Below are positions 38,701 through 53,420 of a stretch of 64,000 nucleotides of DNA, in pieces. Both the position numbers and the translations under genes were made by a program. Location: NCBI RefSeq assembly GCF_009914755.1, contig NC_060935.1; one strand, written 5' to 3'. The notes beneath the pieces were generated by a model that saw only the letters and a list, made by a program, of their open reading frames with translations, was not told where the DNA came from and did no database searches. How positions within the stretch are numbered: the stretch's first letter is position 1; each line of letters begins with the position of its first letter. Source of the DNA: the human T2T-CHM13v2.0 reference genome, Homo sapiens.

Positions 38701-41700
38701 TTGGGTGAAGAATGTACTTCATATTGTTTCTCTATCAAAAATATCTTATTTCATAATCAAAAGAATAAAAGAATATTTTATTTGATTGAAGGACCTAAAA
38801 GAGACAGAGTTAAATATCTTATTGTTTAGGAAGATGATGAGTTTCCAAAACCACGAAATCAGTGGCAAAAAAGGAAAATCATGGGAGTTTTAAAATTTTC
38901 TTTTGCAGAAAATGTAAGATAACAGAGAAGGTACAGTTGATTGCTAATCAAGTAGATAAGGAGGTCATATGAAGATGTACATTACCACAAAGTCAGTTTT
39001 AATACCATATTACAAAAGATAACATAAGTGGTATCAGCGGTTACTCATTGTGTTTTCTTTTCAAAGTTCCTCCTTCTATGGAAATATAATTTAGCAAGAG
39101 AAACAGTGCCATACATTGCTGTGATAGGGAAGTGAATATGGGAGAAAATGGAGATAGATAGAATTAATACTGAAGTGGAAACAACAATATATCAGAGGAC
39201 AGAAAGCTTAGATATGTTTTGCTACAAAATAACTCAGTAGTTTGAGGACAATGTCTCTAAATTTTTATAAATCTCAGTTTCTTAATCTAAAACACGAAGG
39301 TGTTGGATTTAACGATTTTTACTTCCATTTTAGCACGAATACTTTCTCATTTTTGAGTCCTCTTTAAATAACTTGAAATGTCTACTGACATAACTTAGGA
39401 GATCCAAGGGAAAATGCCAAGAAGTTTTAACCATGCTGTAGTGACACATATTTGGGAAAATGCATTCACTTCCTTGCAAGTGATATCAGTGATCTACTTG
39501 GTGAGATTGAGATGCATCTTCTGTCAGGAAATCTTGCCCACCCTTCATTATGCTTATGCTGGTCAAGCTTTTTTGGTGGCAAATGATAATAAGCAAAGCT
39601 CAAAACAAAGTAATCAATAAAGCGAACCCATTGTCTTACTTAACAAAAAATATCTCAGGTAAATATGTTAAGATTTAAGAGGGAACTCCAATAGTGTCAT
39701 AAGAACATCATCTCTATTCTTGATTCTGCTTGTCTCTCTATGGCATTTATTTTCAGGTTATACAAGGTCTTAACATGGCGGCCAAAGTCTTAAGTCGTGA
39801 GTTATTCCAGATTCAGATTTCCCAGAATCTTCCAAGTAGCTCCAGTACAACTTCCCGAATTCACAGAAATTGGAACGTTTTGGCTTTATGCTCTCATCCA
39901 TTAGTCAGTCAATATTGCCTGGGGAATGAATTACTCTAACTAGCCAGGCCTACTACAGAGGTCAATATTAATTTTCGTGGACTATACTGTTACTAATCAA
40001 GCAGGTGTCAATTTCCTAAAATGATTTAAAATTCCAACAGCTCCTTGGGTAGAACTTTTCATAAATAAAGCATTTCCTGCTTTATTTATCACCATAGCAT
40101 CTATCATTACCTAATATACTTATTTTGATTGGCTGATTGATTGTCTATTCTTTTTCAACTAGACCATAAACTGCATGAGAACAGGGATTTTTATCCCTGA
40201 CCTAGAAAAATGCATGACATTTAGGAGGGACTCAATAATGAATAACCCTGGGGAGAAACATATATTATTATTCACGATTTATGGTAAGGACAGAAAGCTG
40301 AGGCATAAAAATGTTAAAGTTTCCAAAATTATATATTTATTTAGTAACCAGGAAGTCTGACGAAGGAGATCAGAGACTTCACCATTAACTTTTATACTAG
40401 TTGCCAGTAGATGTTGGTTTTTATACTATGTCTACCATTTGATAGCTTTCTGAATTTTATTAGTGACTAAGGGACTCTGGACTCAATGTTTCTACTCTAA
40501 AATGAGGTAATATTAGCTCTGCTAACTTCACAGGAATATGAAAATGCTATTCAAATTGTAAATGAGTTTATAAATGTGAGCCATTATTGTTTATGTTGCT
40601 AAAAATTCAGGTATCATGAGAGGTCTTAATAAAGAGAATTATGTCATTTTGATAAAGGAACAATCCAGCTTCCCTGGTAATTAGTTCAAATACTGGTATA
40701 TTTGATGTTTGCACACCAAAGTTTGAAGTGAATATTTAAGCCAAATCAGTATCATTAACTTTCACTTGATTAAGCTCAGACATCCCTAGGTAACTTTCTC
40801 AAACTTCTCCCATTCATAGATGACACAGCTGGGTAGAAATTAGTCTCTAAAAATACTTTCACACAACCGGCTTGTTTTCTAGTCACTGTCTGCTTATGTT
40901 ATGCTCATTCCATCTGTCAATAGATGTGAGTCACACATTCGACCTTTCAGTTTCACTTGCGCACATAAATTTCTTCCAATTTCCTGTGAAACAAACACTT
41001 TTAACTCTTTAGGGTTTTGTAATTTGTACACAGGTCATTCAGGGATGATTCAAAGAACAAAGTAAGCCCTTGACTGTGTGACAAATTTGGCTTGAGCATT
41101 TTATAACTGGAACAAATTTTCTTTTATTGTTTGACTAATAAATGTAGGTCTATGTAGAGACACAGACATACATATATTTGTATTTGTATTTTAATTGTAT
41201 ATGCATAAACTAAATCTTCTGGTAGCTTTCTATAATGTAGGACAACTAAAAGTAAAATAGTTTAAAGGAGGCCCATGTATGGGCTAAAAAATTCTCATTA
41301 GCCTCCCTCCTTAAGTCAGTATAGTTTTATCTTCTTACAATTCATGTGAAGAAAACACTTGGATTTTCAAGTGAAAAAGCAAAGTTTATTCCTTTCTAAT
41401 GTTTACCTGTGATCATGACTGTTATATCAAATTTGTCTAATCTTTTTATTTTGACTACACACAAGAAATAAAAATGATATGTTGGTAGAAACATCTCTAT
41501 TTTGAGAAATTGTATTTGGACTGAGCTTAAATTAAAACTAGTTTCATGATTTAACAGAAGCTGCAAAGCTCTCCCCAAAGTCTTTTATGATAAAAAGTAC
41601 ACAATAACTGAATAACAAAATGATGGAATCAACAAAGGTAATAAAAATAAATGTATTCTTATCTCAAAAGCTATTCTTACCCAAGACAAAAGAGGAACAA

Positions 41701-44610
41701 CAAAACCTTTTTCTTCCATTTCCTCCTTGGTTACCAATCTCAGAGCAGCTAAAGTGATAATGGGGGATGTTTGTTTCAGCACTGTGGAAGGGAGCCATAC
41801 CTGCAAAGCTCCAGGAAAATGGAAAGGAGGTATTCTAGCTTTCTGCCAAAATGTTAAGGACTACTCCTCCAGGCCCATTTCTGTTTTACTTTTTGTCTCT
41901 CCTTTTTTTTGTTTGTTACTTGGCAAATCTATTGTCTTCAGTCACATTTTCTAAGTGTACTTCCTATTTTATGGATACAGGCCTAGGACTATAGAGACAG
42001 AGTTACTCCGGGGGAGATCCATGATTATTGGTAGTATAATTGAACCACTTCATCTGAGACCAACTGAGATTACGATATTTTCCCCTTCACACACCCTAAG
42101 TGCAGAACCCAGAGATCCTGATTCACTGACCAGTAACCATTAGGTTTTGCCACACTCTATTCCATACCTCTGTTTGATGTCGTAGAAGTAGGTACTCTGA
42201 ATCATGCTAGCAAACAGTATAAGCCATAATTTATTCATAATATATAAATCCTGAATGCAAGTTTGATTTCCCCTGAAAATTTTTGTTATTTTTGTGATCA
42301 AGTCTGAAATGTAGGAAGAAGGATAAAATGGCCAGGAACCTAGCAGTAGCTTATGGCAACTGGGTGCAACAATTGCTTAAAGGCTTCTCTAAACATATAG
42401 GACTAGATGAGAGCTGAAGGAAATTTTATTATGGACCAATACATAACAGGTATGGAAACGTGAAGGCACAATACATTCCAGCTTTGTTTGCCTGGAAGTG
42501 AAAGGAGACAGAGCTCGATGAAGTTTAATAGAACTCTTTGAAATAAGGCAGATCTGAGGTTTAATTTAACCTCTGCAGCAGAATGATCTTGCACAAATGG
42601 CTCAACTATAAATGGGATGAATGGAGGACAAGTGGTAGTTATAAATATCTTGAATTATGAGAATTAAATGATATGGAACACGGTCTGTCTTATTCACCAT
42701 TATATTCCCAACTTCTTGGTGCTGCCAAGAAATTCCCCCCAATTCCCTGAGTTTGGCACATAGTGGGAGCCAGAATTCTATAAGTTGTTCATTTTTGCTC
42801 TCTCTAAACTTCCTTTTGTTAAAAACTAATGTGTCTTCTTCTTCCAGTTTTATCAGTTCATTCTCTTGGGAATGTGTAGAAATGGAAACTATAACTTATT
42901 ATTAGGGTATCCCTAATAAATAGGAAATCATAAATGAAGAGCAAATCTGAAACAAAAAATAATGGAGATGTTCAGGAGATCAGAGGAGACATTTAATATG
43001 TGACAACGCAACCAGTCACAGGGTCTGTTGTAACTCAATCTTATTAAGGAAACAGCAATAATGTATACCTATATAGGTTGGTCAATAATAAGTTCAAGAA
43101 AACTTGAATTTCATTTAAAAGACTAATGAAACATCCTAGGCAAAGAACAACTTTCAAGACCCAAGCTAAGGAGAAAACTTTCTAGATACAAAATGTGTGC
43201 AAGGACTTTGTAGCACAGGAAGAGCCAACATCATGCCAGCTATGAATTCAGGTTTATCAAGAAGGCATAACCATTAAGACCAGGTTCTTTCCTCAGGTCC
43301 AACAAAACAAAAAATCCAAGAAGACATAACCAGAAACGGAAGAAAACAAAATGTTGGTTGAAAAGAAAACTTCCTAGCAGGACAGTCTATCCAAACCATG
43401 ATTCTTTCCAAGAAGGTGATTCAGCCAGCCTCCCCAGAAGCAAATGAACCCAGGTTTGCACAGAGGAATAGGAAGTACACCATGGTGAACAGTCTGCTCC
43501 TCTAAGTCGCTAGGTGTGCCCTGGCTGCACCAGTGAAGGCTTTCCATCTTGATTCTCTGTGATTTTAGGACAAATTGCTTTTGGGGTTCCTGACCCCTGC
43601 TGGAATTTGCAAAGTTGTTAGAGGGTGACTAAATTAGTGGAAAAGAGAGAAGTGAGGAGGCTCCCAAATCAGATTACTGTGTAAATATTAGAGATGCTTC
43701 AGAGGGCCCAGTGTATTTGGATGCTGGCTTCTGATTCAAAAAGCAAATTTGCTTGGCAGGTATCTGTGTCTATGGCTCTTGGCCTACTGTCCAGTTGTCA
43801 GTGTTTTAAACAAATAACTTTCTAAACTTTATTTCATGACATCTAAGTCACATTGCAAGGTTATTCTCAATAGGTGGTGAGTCAAAGGGAGGTGGCAAAC
43901 AACCTTACCATTTTTTACAGCCGCTTTACTTTGGCTACAGCTTCTGAATGACAGGAAAAATATTTAAGATAGTCACTCATATTTCTTTCTCCATCAATTG
44001 ATATTCTAGGAAATCTATTTACACCCTGTCTGAAACAAGCTGGCATGTAACAGAATAATGAAAAATGATGCTATTCTAGTAAGGAAAACCACTTCTACAA
44101 ACTACAAGCAAGAACAGGTCAGAGAAATAGAGACCTTAGTATCAATGATATTGGATTCTTTTCCAGAAAATTTTTCCTAAAATTAAGATTAAATAAACCC
44201 AAACTAAATCAGATTGGCCTACTGCCAAAGGTAAATGGAAGGCTGGACACACAATCTGAAATTTATCTTTCACATTTTATATTTGCACTATTCGTTTTTG
44301 CCAGTGCATTTCAACAAGATTGCTCCAAAGGTAATTTGGATATATCAAACCCCATTTAGCCTTTATTATCTATATAATTAATGGAACAGCAGTCACAACT
44401 ATAATGAATCTCAATGAAACAAGTAGAAAAGCAGTAGTATACTTAAAATGGCTGGCCCTGTTACAAGTTGGGGACTATAATCCTAAAATAAGAACATCTA
44501 GTGTCTGTAAATGCCTTTTCATTGTCAAAATGTGTTAACATGGAGTCCTCTCCAATTTTTAAATACGGAGGAAATGAACTGCCAAGGAAGTTCACTGAAA
44601 TGGTCAAGGA

Positions 44611-44744
44611 CAGGAGAATGACGTGAACCCAGGAGGCGGAGCTTGCAGTGAGCCGACATCACGCCACTGCACTCCAGCCTGGGCGACAGAGCAAGACTCC
44701 ATCTCAAAAAAAAAAAAAAAAAAAAAAGAAAAAGAAAAAAAAAA
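44611..44744 (+). mobile_element. 5'-truncated AluY (3' part of the right arm) with TSD
   Basis: CAGGAGAATGACGTGAACCCAGGAGGCGGAGCTTGCAGTGAG; long poly(A); AATGG(T/C)CAAGGA at 44599-44610 and 44747-44758. Confidence 0.95.
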
Positions 44745-46589
44745 GCAATGGCCAAGGAGACACTTACTCAAATGACCAGTACACTCCATCGTGTGGTAGT
44801 GGCAGCCCACATAGTGATGACTGTTTTTATTTTAACATCATTTTGCAGCCAACCTTTCTGTCATTCGTTTTGTTTTAACACCACATTACCACCCCAGATA
44901 ACAGGGGTTTCAGACCCCGAGTAGGTAAAATATCAAAGAAATGTAGTACGGTTGCCTTGGGGTCAATTCTTAGTGCACACCACTATTTATCTGTCAATTT
45001 ATTTGACTGCTCGTAACTCCTGAATCCTTGCTTCCCTCAATAACTTTGTGTAAACAGATCTATGTGTAAATCAAATTTTAGCCACTTAAGAGGAGTTCAC
45101 TTAACTCCTCTGTATCTTTAAAATGGATATCATAATAATGTTCATTGTTGTTTTGAGAATTAAATGAGGGATAATGCATTTAGACACATCCCACTGACAA
45201 TCAGTAAAAGTTTTCCTTTTCCACTCATTCCCTATTTTATCTAACCCAGATGCACATCTTTCAAATAAACAGAAATGAGATCTTCCCAAAATATGCTGCC
45301 TTCCTCCAATCGCCAATTGCTTGCTGTATCTTGAGGGTCCATCCCTATTAACTTAGGAGATTAGTATCCAAACCCAATTATTGCCCAAATCCTTTGTCAC
45401 AAAGACATTGCTCTAGAAGACAGTGTTTTATTATTTTACTATAAAATTACATCTCAAAGAAAAATGCAAAAGAAAAATAAATGTACCAAATGATAGGTAT
45501 AATGCACACAATTGTGTAATTAATTCCTTTGTCAACATATACAACATTGCCGTCAACATAGGTGTTCTTTTGAAGGTATAACTCTTTTAGAGACAGTTAT
45601 GCACATATATAGAGATGAATTCTTATATGGTGGGAAAGACTTAGGTTGTAAAATGACACAGGCCTGGGATTAGTCTTGTTTCTCTCACTTATAAACAGTG
45701 TGACTTTGGCCAAGTCACTTTTATCATTAGCATCCACATCTGATAAATGAGAGTGATAAAACTTTTCAGTATAGCTGTGAGGTTGACATATGTATACACA
45801 TACACACACATATATACACACACGTGTGTGCACAGGTATGTGGGGGAGGCATATATACTTACTCAATGAATAGTAACTATTACCGTTAGTAATCATGCAT
45901 ACTTCAAAGGCATTGTGGCTTCAATGCATGACAAATTTATTAATTCTAGTAATTTAAATAATAAACATTTGCATTGGCAAAAATTTGTCTTTACAATGAT
46001 TCCAAGCTGGAAGAGTGCTGATTTCTTAAGCAAATGGATATTTTAAATCAGAATATAGAAGACTTATTTAACAAACCTTTAGATATTGTGTGTATGCACT
46101 GCAAATTGAAAATATTTATTAAAATATACCCAGCAGAGTTTCCAATTACATTGTACATTATTTACTAAAATATTAAGTGATTTTTAATTAAAATGTTTAA
46201 AATTCAGATTTTCAATTAATTGACCAAAATAATCATCTCCAATAATCTGATTTAAAAGTAATTTGGTGAATTATTATAACATTTTTGTCAGTCTTTTGTA
46301 ACAATACAATTTTTAATATATCATAACTAAATCAACTGGATTATTAGACTATCACTTTATGGATTATATCTCATATCAGAATATTCTAGCACTCCATTCT
46401 TGGGAAAACTTATACATAAATTAATACAATGAGAAACGTAGTCCCAACTTTCCTAGAATTCTCAGGAATGACATCATCTTTTCTTAATTGGCCCTAGCTT
46501 CTGTGCCAATAAGAATAAAAGGAAATTTAGGTCGTTTTATGACAGCAAGATTAGAAAAGAGCGAATGGGAATTGTACTTAGTTAATTAG

Positions 46590-46956
<367 letters not shown>

Positions 46957-47019
46957 TGAAAATAGACCCATGGGAAGTTTTATTTCCTCACAGCAGTGAA
47001 TGCATGCATACTCGTGTTA

Positions 47020-47230
47020 TGTCTTGGGTTTGATTCTCATCTCTGAAACTCTTTCTATCTGATATTGAGTAATTTCTTAATGTCTTTTAGCTTTAGTTTC
47101 CTCACCTTTAGATTGAAATAACAATTTCATCCATACCTACATAATATATTTATATTAAGAATAAACTGATAATATATGTAAAACTACTTTTTAAAAAAAC
47201 TATAGCTGCTATACTAATGAAAATTATTAC
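47020..47230 (+). mobile_element. MIR relic
   Basis: TTTAGTTTCCTCACCTTTA..ATACCTAC..GATAATATATGTAAA. Confidence 0.6.
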
Positions 47231-48579
47231 TGTTTTCTCATCAAGCCAGAGTTTAGTTAATCCCAATTTTACAAGTTGTGATATTCTTGAGTTGGATTAT
47301 TTTACAAATCCTACTTCACTGTTTACCTTACTTCGGGAATGTCTTTAGAATATAAAAGGAAAAGTTATGTTTATGGATACATACTTTGTGGATTAATGGT
47401 TCTAAGAAGAATCTTGGCTTTATCTTTTTGTTAGGTCAATCGAATGAGACCTCACCACTCAGGAATGCATTCATTGTGATTCAAAAACTTTCAGGATTCA
47501 CTTCTAAGTTAAAATGGGTAATACTGATTTCTTTGACCAAGATTGTAGCTAAGATGATTCATTAAATCATCTGAAAAGAGAGTAAGTGTGGTTACAGAAC
47601 TAGGCACATGAAGCACATACAGGTCCCTCAAGGCAGATTCTGTAACATGCTGTTTCCTCTCCCTGGAATGCTCAAACTCTTCTTCCCCTCAAATGCTGAC
47701 ACCCACTTTAGAGTCCAGCTCAGCTGTTCTTTTTTCAATAATGATAATTCCCCAATTGGAATCAATTTAATTCCTTGCCTCATTCCCTAAACACTGCCTT
47801 TCTTCTGTATCATTTATGCTGCTTGATTCTGAAGATCAGGAATCTAGTCTCACCCGTTCTTCTGTCCTTTGGGTTATCATAACACCTTTCATTGTTTCTC
47901 ACTGTGATGTGAATGTTCTCCCCAATTATCTGATATCACCTATTTTCTCATATTTTCCACTTGGATATGTGGCTGCCTGGAATAACAACTGTATTTCCAA
48001 ATCTAAATGTGGTCACATAACAAAGTCTATCTTGGTATTGACTTAACAGCAGAAATGATACAGGAAAATTCTAGACAGTACACCTTAAAGAAAAATATTG
48101 TTCACTTCCCTAATTTCTTTTCTGTTCATTATGAGTGATTTTGAAACACCCAGAACAAGTCAATATTCTAGGAATCATTGAGCAATATGATTTAAGGAGA
48201 CTTGAGCCCTCAACACTGTGGAACCACCATCTCAACCTGGGATGACGCTTTGACTGTTACATGAGAGAAAAACCAAACTTCTCCCATGTTTAAGCTTGTA
48301 TTGCTTTTGGGTTTCATAGCTCATTGCTTTTGACTGTTATGCCCTCTGGGCATTATTCATTGTAATTTGCTCTGTTAGCTTCTAGGTCTTCTAGGTTTTT
48401 GGGTAAAGATACATTTGGGTTACTTGTGCTTTTAAAATATTTTGTTGTGTTTAACAGGGGTCTCTTTCTTACGGTATAGGATTATAAAAGAAGATTGTGG
48501 AAAGAATATAATTCACTCTTTGATACAGTTTTGGCTATCAACATAAATCTAGGATATATTAGACCTCGTTTTGCTCATT

Positions 48580-48915
48580 TTCTAATGTTCACATAGGCTG
48601 TTCCCATTGTCTGGGAAGCTCCATATTTGGAATTACTTTATATCCTACTCATATTTTGATCTCAACTTCAATATTGTTGCCTTTGGAAAAGTCTTCCCTG
48701 ACCTTACAGACTTAAGTTAATATAATATTGTCTCATATTTTATAACATATATTATTAGCACTACAATTATATCATACTTTGTATAGCTTTTAATTTAATT
48801 ATTGATCTTTTACTAAACTATAAGTTCCATGAAGGCAGAGACCATGTCTGCAAAATTTACTGATGTAGCCTAAGGGCCTGGAATAAGGAATATTCTATGT
48901 ATTCAATAATTATTG
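48580..48915 (+). mobile_element. L2 3' end relic
   Basis: ACTAAACTATAAGTTCCATGAAGGCAGAGACCATGTCTG..GGGCCTGGAATAAG..TTCAATAA. Confidence 0.7.
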
Positions 48916-48919
48916 AAAA

Positions 48920-48985
48920 GAAGGAATGAAGGAAAGAAGGAAGGGGGAGGGAGGGAGGGAGGGAGGGAGGGAGGGAGGGAGGAGA
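48920..48985 (+). repeat. (GGAA)/(GGGA)n polypurine tract
   Basis: GGAAGGGGGAGGGAGGGAGGGA... Confidence 0.9.
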
Positions 48986-50135
48986 GAAACAGCGAGACAG
49001 AAGGAGGAAAGCTACCCAGCCATGAAAAGGAAGAAAACAAGCAGTCATTTTGGAATCTGATTGTTTAGATTTAAAAACCTCCACTTGAAATACTTATATA
49101 ATGGAGGAAAATATGTTCTTTAGGAGAGGTGTTTGAATCATTGAGATTAATTTTTTCAAATCTCTTCATTCTGGATGAGGAGTTACAGTAGGAAAATATG
49201 TTGCCTTTATTTTTTCACTTTTTATTTTTTAAATTTTCTTCTAGGTCGAAATAAATCAAAGCTCGAAAACTTTCTATATTTGGAAATCAGTAGTTACTTC
49301 CAAAAACTTATCTATAGTATTTTGGGACATGTGCCCAGCGTCTTCCATTTTCTCTTATTTCTTGAATAATAATTTTCCAGGAGGGATTTGATCAGGCCCA
49401 CCTCTTGTGCTGCCAGCCTGACTGAATTTCCTGGTCCTCTAGGTGATTTTGGAAATGTCAACTCGAAGGAGCACTGCCAAGTTAGAAAATCACTGCTTAT
49501 GACTCTACATGCAGATAGGGACAGGTGTCTTCATCTTTCTGCTGGCAGGTTCTGTGCCATGAGAAGTTTCTGTAATAAAAAAATCAATAAAGTTTCTTTT
49601 GAAATATGGATTTAATTTCCAATACATTTCAAATCAAAATTATTTGACATAATTGATACTCCTGCTCATTGATACAGTTTTTTCACTTGGCTCCCAAGAC
49701 ACTATACTCTGCTGGTTTTCTTCGTACCTCACTGGTCACTTCCTCTTAGTCTCTTTTATTCATTAGAATGTCCCATGACTCATTCTTAGGACCACTTCTC
49801 TTTCCTACTGCATTTTCATGAAGATTTCATCCATATTCACAGTTCTGATTACCAGATATGCTAATGACTCTCTCAATTTTGTATCTTCAGCTATACTCCA
49901 GACCCATGTGGCCAACTTGTATACATGACAATTTCATTTGACTATCCATAGTCACCACAAATCCACCATATCAAAAATGACCTTCTATCACACCTCCAGA
50001 TATGCATCATCTCGGCTGACTGAAATTCAGGATTCCAGTTGTGAGAACAAAAAGTGGTATTTACAAGTGACAGCTTTGATAGCCCTCTTTCACTGCTAAT
50101 CCATCAGAGCATCTTGCCTACTCTTCATCAAAATA

Positions 50136-52293
50136 TAGGCACACTTCATTTATTGAACTTTGCTTTACTTGGATTCACAGATATTACATTTTTTTTTTCA
50201 CAAATTGAAGGTTTGTAGCAATCCTAAGCTGAGCATGTTTATCAGTGCCATTTTTCGAATGGCACATGTTCACGTCATGTCTCTTTGTCACATTTTGGTA
50301 ATTTTCACAATATTTCAAACTTTTTATTATTATATCGTTTATGGCAATCTGTCATCAGGGATCTTTGGTGTTACTGATATAATTGTTTGTTTTGGAGTGC
50401 CACAAACTATTTCCATATGAGAGGTCAGTAAATTTTGTGTGTATTCCGACTGCTCCACTGACTGGTTATTCCTTTGTTTGTTTGTTTGTTTGTTTCCTTT
50501 CCTTGGCCCTTCCTATTCCCTGAGACACAATAATATTGAAATTATGCCATTTAATAACTCTGCAATGGCCTCTAAGTGTTCAAGTTAAAGGAAAAGCTTG
50601 AGGTCTCTCACCTTAGATAAAAAACTAAAAAGTATTAAGCTTAGTGAGAAATACATGTTGAAAGCTGAGATGGGCCAAAATCTAGGACTCTTGTCCCAGT
50701 TATTCAAGGTGTGAATGTAAAAGAAGAGTTCTTGAAGGAAATTAAAAGTGCTACTCCAGTGAATACATGAATGCTTAAGAAAGCAAAACAGACTTATTTA
50801 TGATATGGAGAAAGTTTTAGTGCTCTGGAGAGATCAAACCAGCCACAACATTCCCTTAAGCCAAAGACTAATCTACGGCAAGGCCCTAAATCTCTTTAAT
50901 TCTATGAAGACTAAGAGAGGTGAGGAAGCTGCAAAATTGAAACCTAGCAGAGGTTGATTCATGAGGTTTAAGGAAGGAAGTCATCTCCACAACATAAAAG
51001 TGCAAGGTGAAGCAGCAAATGCTGATGTAGAACCTGCAGCAAGAGATACAGATGATCTAGCTAAGATCATTGATGAGGGTGGCTACACTAAGCAGCTTTC
51101 TCAATGTGGACAAAACAGCCTTATATTAGAATAAGATGCCATTTAGGACTGTAATAGGTAGAGAGGGAAAGTGAATGCCTGGCTTCAAAGTTTCAAAGGA
51201 CAGGATGATTCTCTTGTTAGGGGCTAATGCAGCTGGTTACTTTAAGTTGAAGACAATTGCCATTTACCATTCTGACAATCCTAAGCCCCTTAAGAATTAT
51301 GGTAAATCTACTCTTCCTATGTTCTGCAAATAGAACAACAAAGCCTGATGACAGCAAGCCTATTTCCAGCAAGGTTTACTGTCACTGTAGAGACCTACCA
51401 CTTGGAAAGAGAGAAAACAGATTCCTTTAAACTATTACTCCTCATTAGCAATGCACCTGATCACCCAAGAGCTCTGATGGAGATGTACAAGGAGATGAAT
51501 GTTGTTTGCATGCCTGCTAACACAACACTTATTCTTCAGCCCATATATCAAGGAGTAACTTTATCTTCCAAGTCTTATTATTTAAGAAATATATTTCACA
51601 AAGCTATAGCTACCATAGATAGTGATTCCTCTGATGGGTCTGGGTAAAGTAAATTGAAAACTGTCTGGAAAGGATTCACCATTCTAGATGCCATTAAGAA
51701 TATCTGTGATTCACGGGAAGAGGTCAAAATATCAACATTAACAGGAGTTTGAAAGTCGTTTATTCCAACTCTCATGCATGACTTTGGGGGTTCAAGACTT
51801 CAATGGAGAATGTAACTGTAGATATGGTGGAAATAGCAAAGACCCAGATTAGAAGTGGAGCCTGAAGATGTGACTGAATTGCTGCAATCTCATGATGAAA
51901 CTTAAATGGATGAGAAGTTGCTTCTTAAGGATGAACAAAAAAAGTGGTTTATTTATGTATTTATTTTATTTATTTTTGAGACTGAGTCTTGCTCTATCAC
52001 CCAGGCTGGAGTGCAGTGGTGCAATCCCGGCTCACTGAAACCTCTGCCTCCCAGGTTCAAGAGATTCTCATTCCTCAGAACCCGAGTAGCTGGGATTACA
52101 GGTGCCTACGACCATGTCCGGCTAATTTTTGTATTTTTATTAGAGACGGGGTTTCACCATGTTGGCCAGGCTGGCCTTGAACTCCTGATCTCAAGTAATC
52201 TGCCTGCCTCAGCCTCCCAAAGTGCTGGGAATACATGCATGAGCCACTGTGTCTGGACGAAAGTGGGTTTTTTTGTTTGTTTCTTTGTTTTTG

Positions 52294-52324
<31 letters not shown>

Positions 52325-52888
52325 GAGATGAGATCTACTCCTGGTAAAGATGCTATGAACAATGTTGCAATGATAACAAAATATTTACAATATTGCATAA
52401 AATTAGTTAATAAAGCAGTGGCAGGGTCTGAGAGGATTGACTCCAATTTTGAAATTCTATTGAGGGTAAAATGCTGTCAAACAGCATCACATATTACAGA
52501 GAACCTTTTCATGAAAGGAAGAGTCTGTCTATGCAGCAAACCTTACTTTTGTCTTATTTTTAGGAAGTGCTACAGCCACTTCCACTTTCAGCAACCACAA
52601 CTGAGCAGCCAGCACCACCAAGGCAAGACCCTCCTTCAGCAACAAGATTATAACTCATTGAGGGTCCAGATGGTCATTAGCATTTTCAGCAACACAGTAT
52701 TTTTAATTAAGGCATGTACAATATTTTAAAGACATAATGCTGTTGCACACAATAGATTACAGTATAGTATTAACATAAGTTTTATATGCACAGGAAAATT
52801 TAAAAAAACTTCTTGTGCCTTCCTTTATTGCAATATTCAGCTCATTGAGATCCAGAACTGAACCTGCAATATCTTCAAGGTATGCCTG
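50136..52888 (+). mobile_element. Essentially full-length Tigger1 DNA transposon (dead transposase)
   Basis: TIRs TAGGCACACTTC / AAGGTATGCCTG with TA at 50134-50135 and 52889-52890; DDE-domain remnant ORF 51348..51647 ([23 protein letters not shown]); ~2.4 kb once the Alu is removed. Confidence 0.95.
51951..52258 (-). mobile_element. AluS(x/z) inserted in Tigger1
   Basis: Full dimer; AAAGTGG(G)TTT on both sides. Confidence 0.93.
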
Positions 52889-53238
52889 TATCTACATGCT
52901 GTGACCATTTCTCAATACTTCCCCTGCCACCACCCTGGCTGGAACCAGCTTCATCTTAATCATACATCATTGAAATAATCTCCTATGTGGTTGCCTTGCT
53001 TTTACAAACTCTTCAGGCCCTATCACCCAAGTTTCAAATAGCAACCAGAGTGCTCCACTTTATTTTGTTCTTGTTTTTATTTTTATTTGTTAAAGGTTAA
53101 GTCTTGCTATGTTGCCTGGGCTTGGAACCAGCTTTATCTTAATCATATGTCATTGAAATAATCTCCTCTATGGAGATCCCTGCTTTTACAAATGTTTCGG
53201 TCCCTACCACCTAAGTTTCAAATAGCAACCAGAGTGAT

Positions 53239-53420
53239 TTATTTTTTCATTTTTATTTGTTAGAGATGAAGTCTCACTATGTTGTCTGGGCTGGAGTGCA
53301 TTGGATATTTATGGGGCAGATCATAGTTCACTGAAACCTCAAACTCCTTGCCTCAAGCAATATTTCTACCTCAACCTCCCCAGTAGCTGAGACTACAGGG
53401 GTGTATCACTGCCCCTGGCT
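53239..53420 (-). mobile_element. FAM-like fossil Alu monomer
   Basis: Monomer with the extra 7SL-type segment GGATATTTATGGGGCAGATCATAG after GCTGGAGTGCA; GAGTGAT at 53232-53238 and 53422-53428. Confidence 0.75.

Noticed and set aside
39560-39960. Possible very old MaLR/ERVL LTR
   Set aside because: Too diverged to assign a family or boundaries by eye.
51906-52729. 141-, 116- and 164-aa ORFs
   Set aside because: Read through an antisense Alu, a T-rich tract and off-frame Tigger1 sequence.
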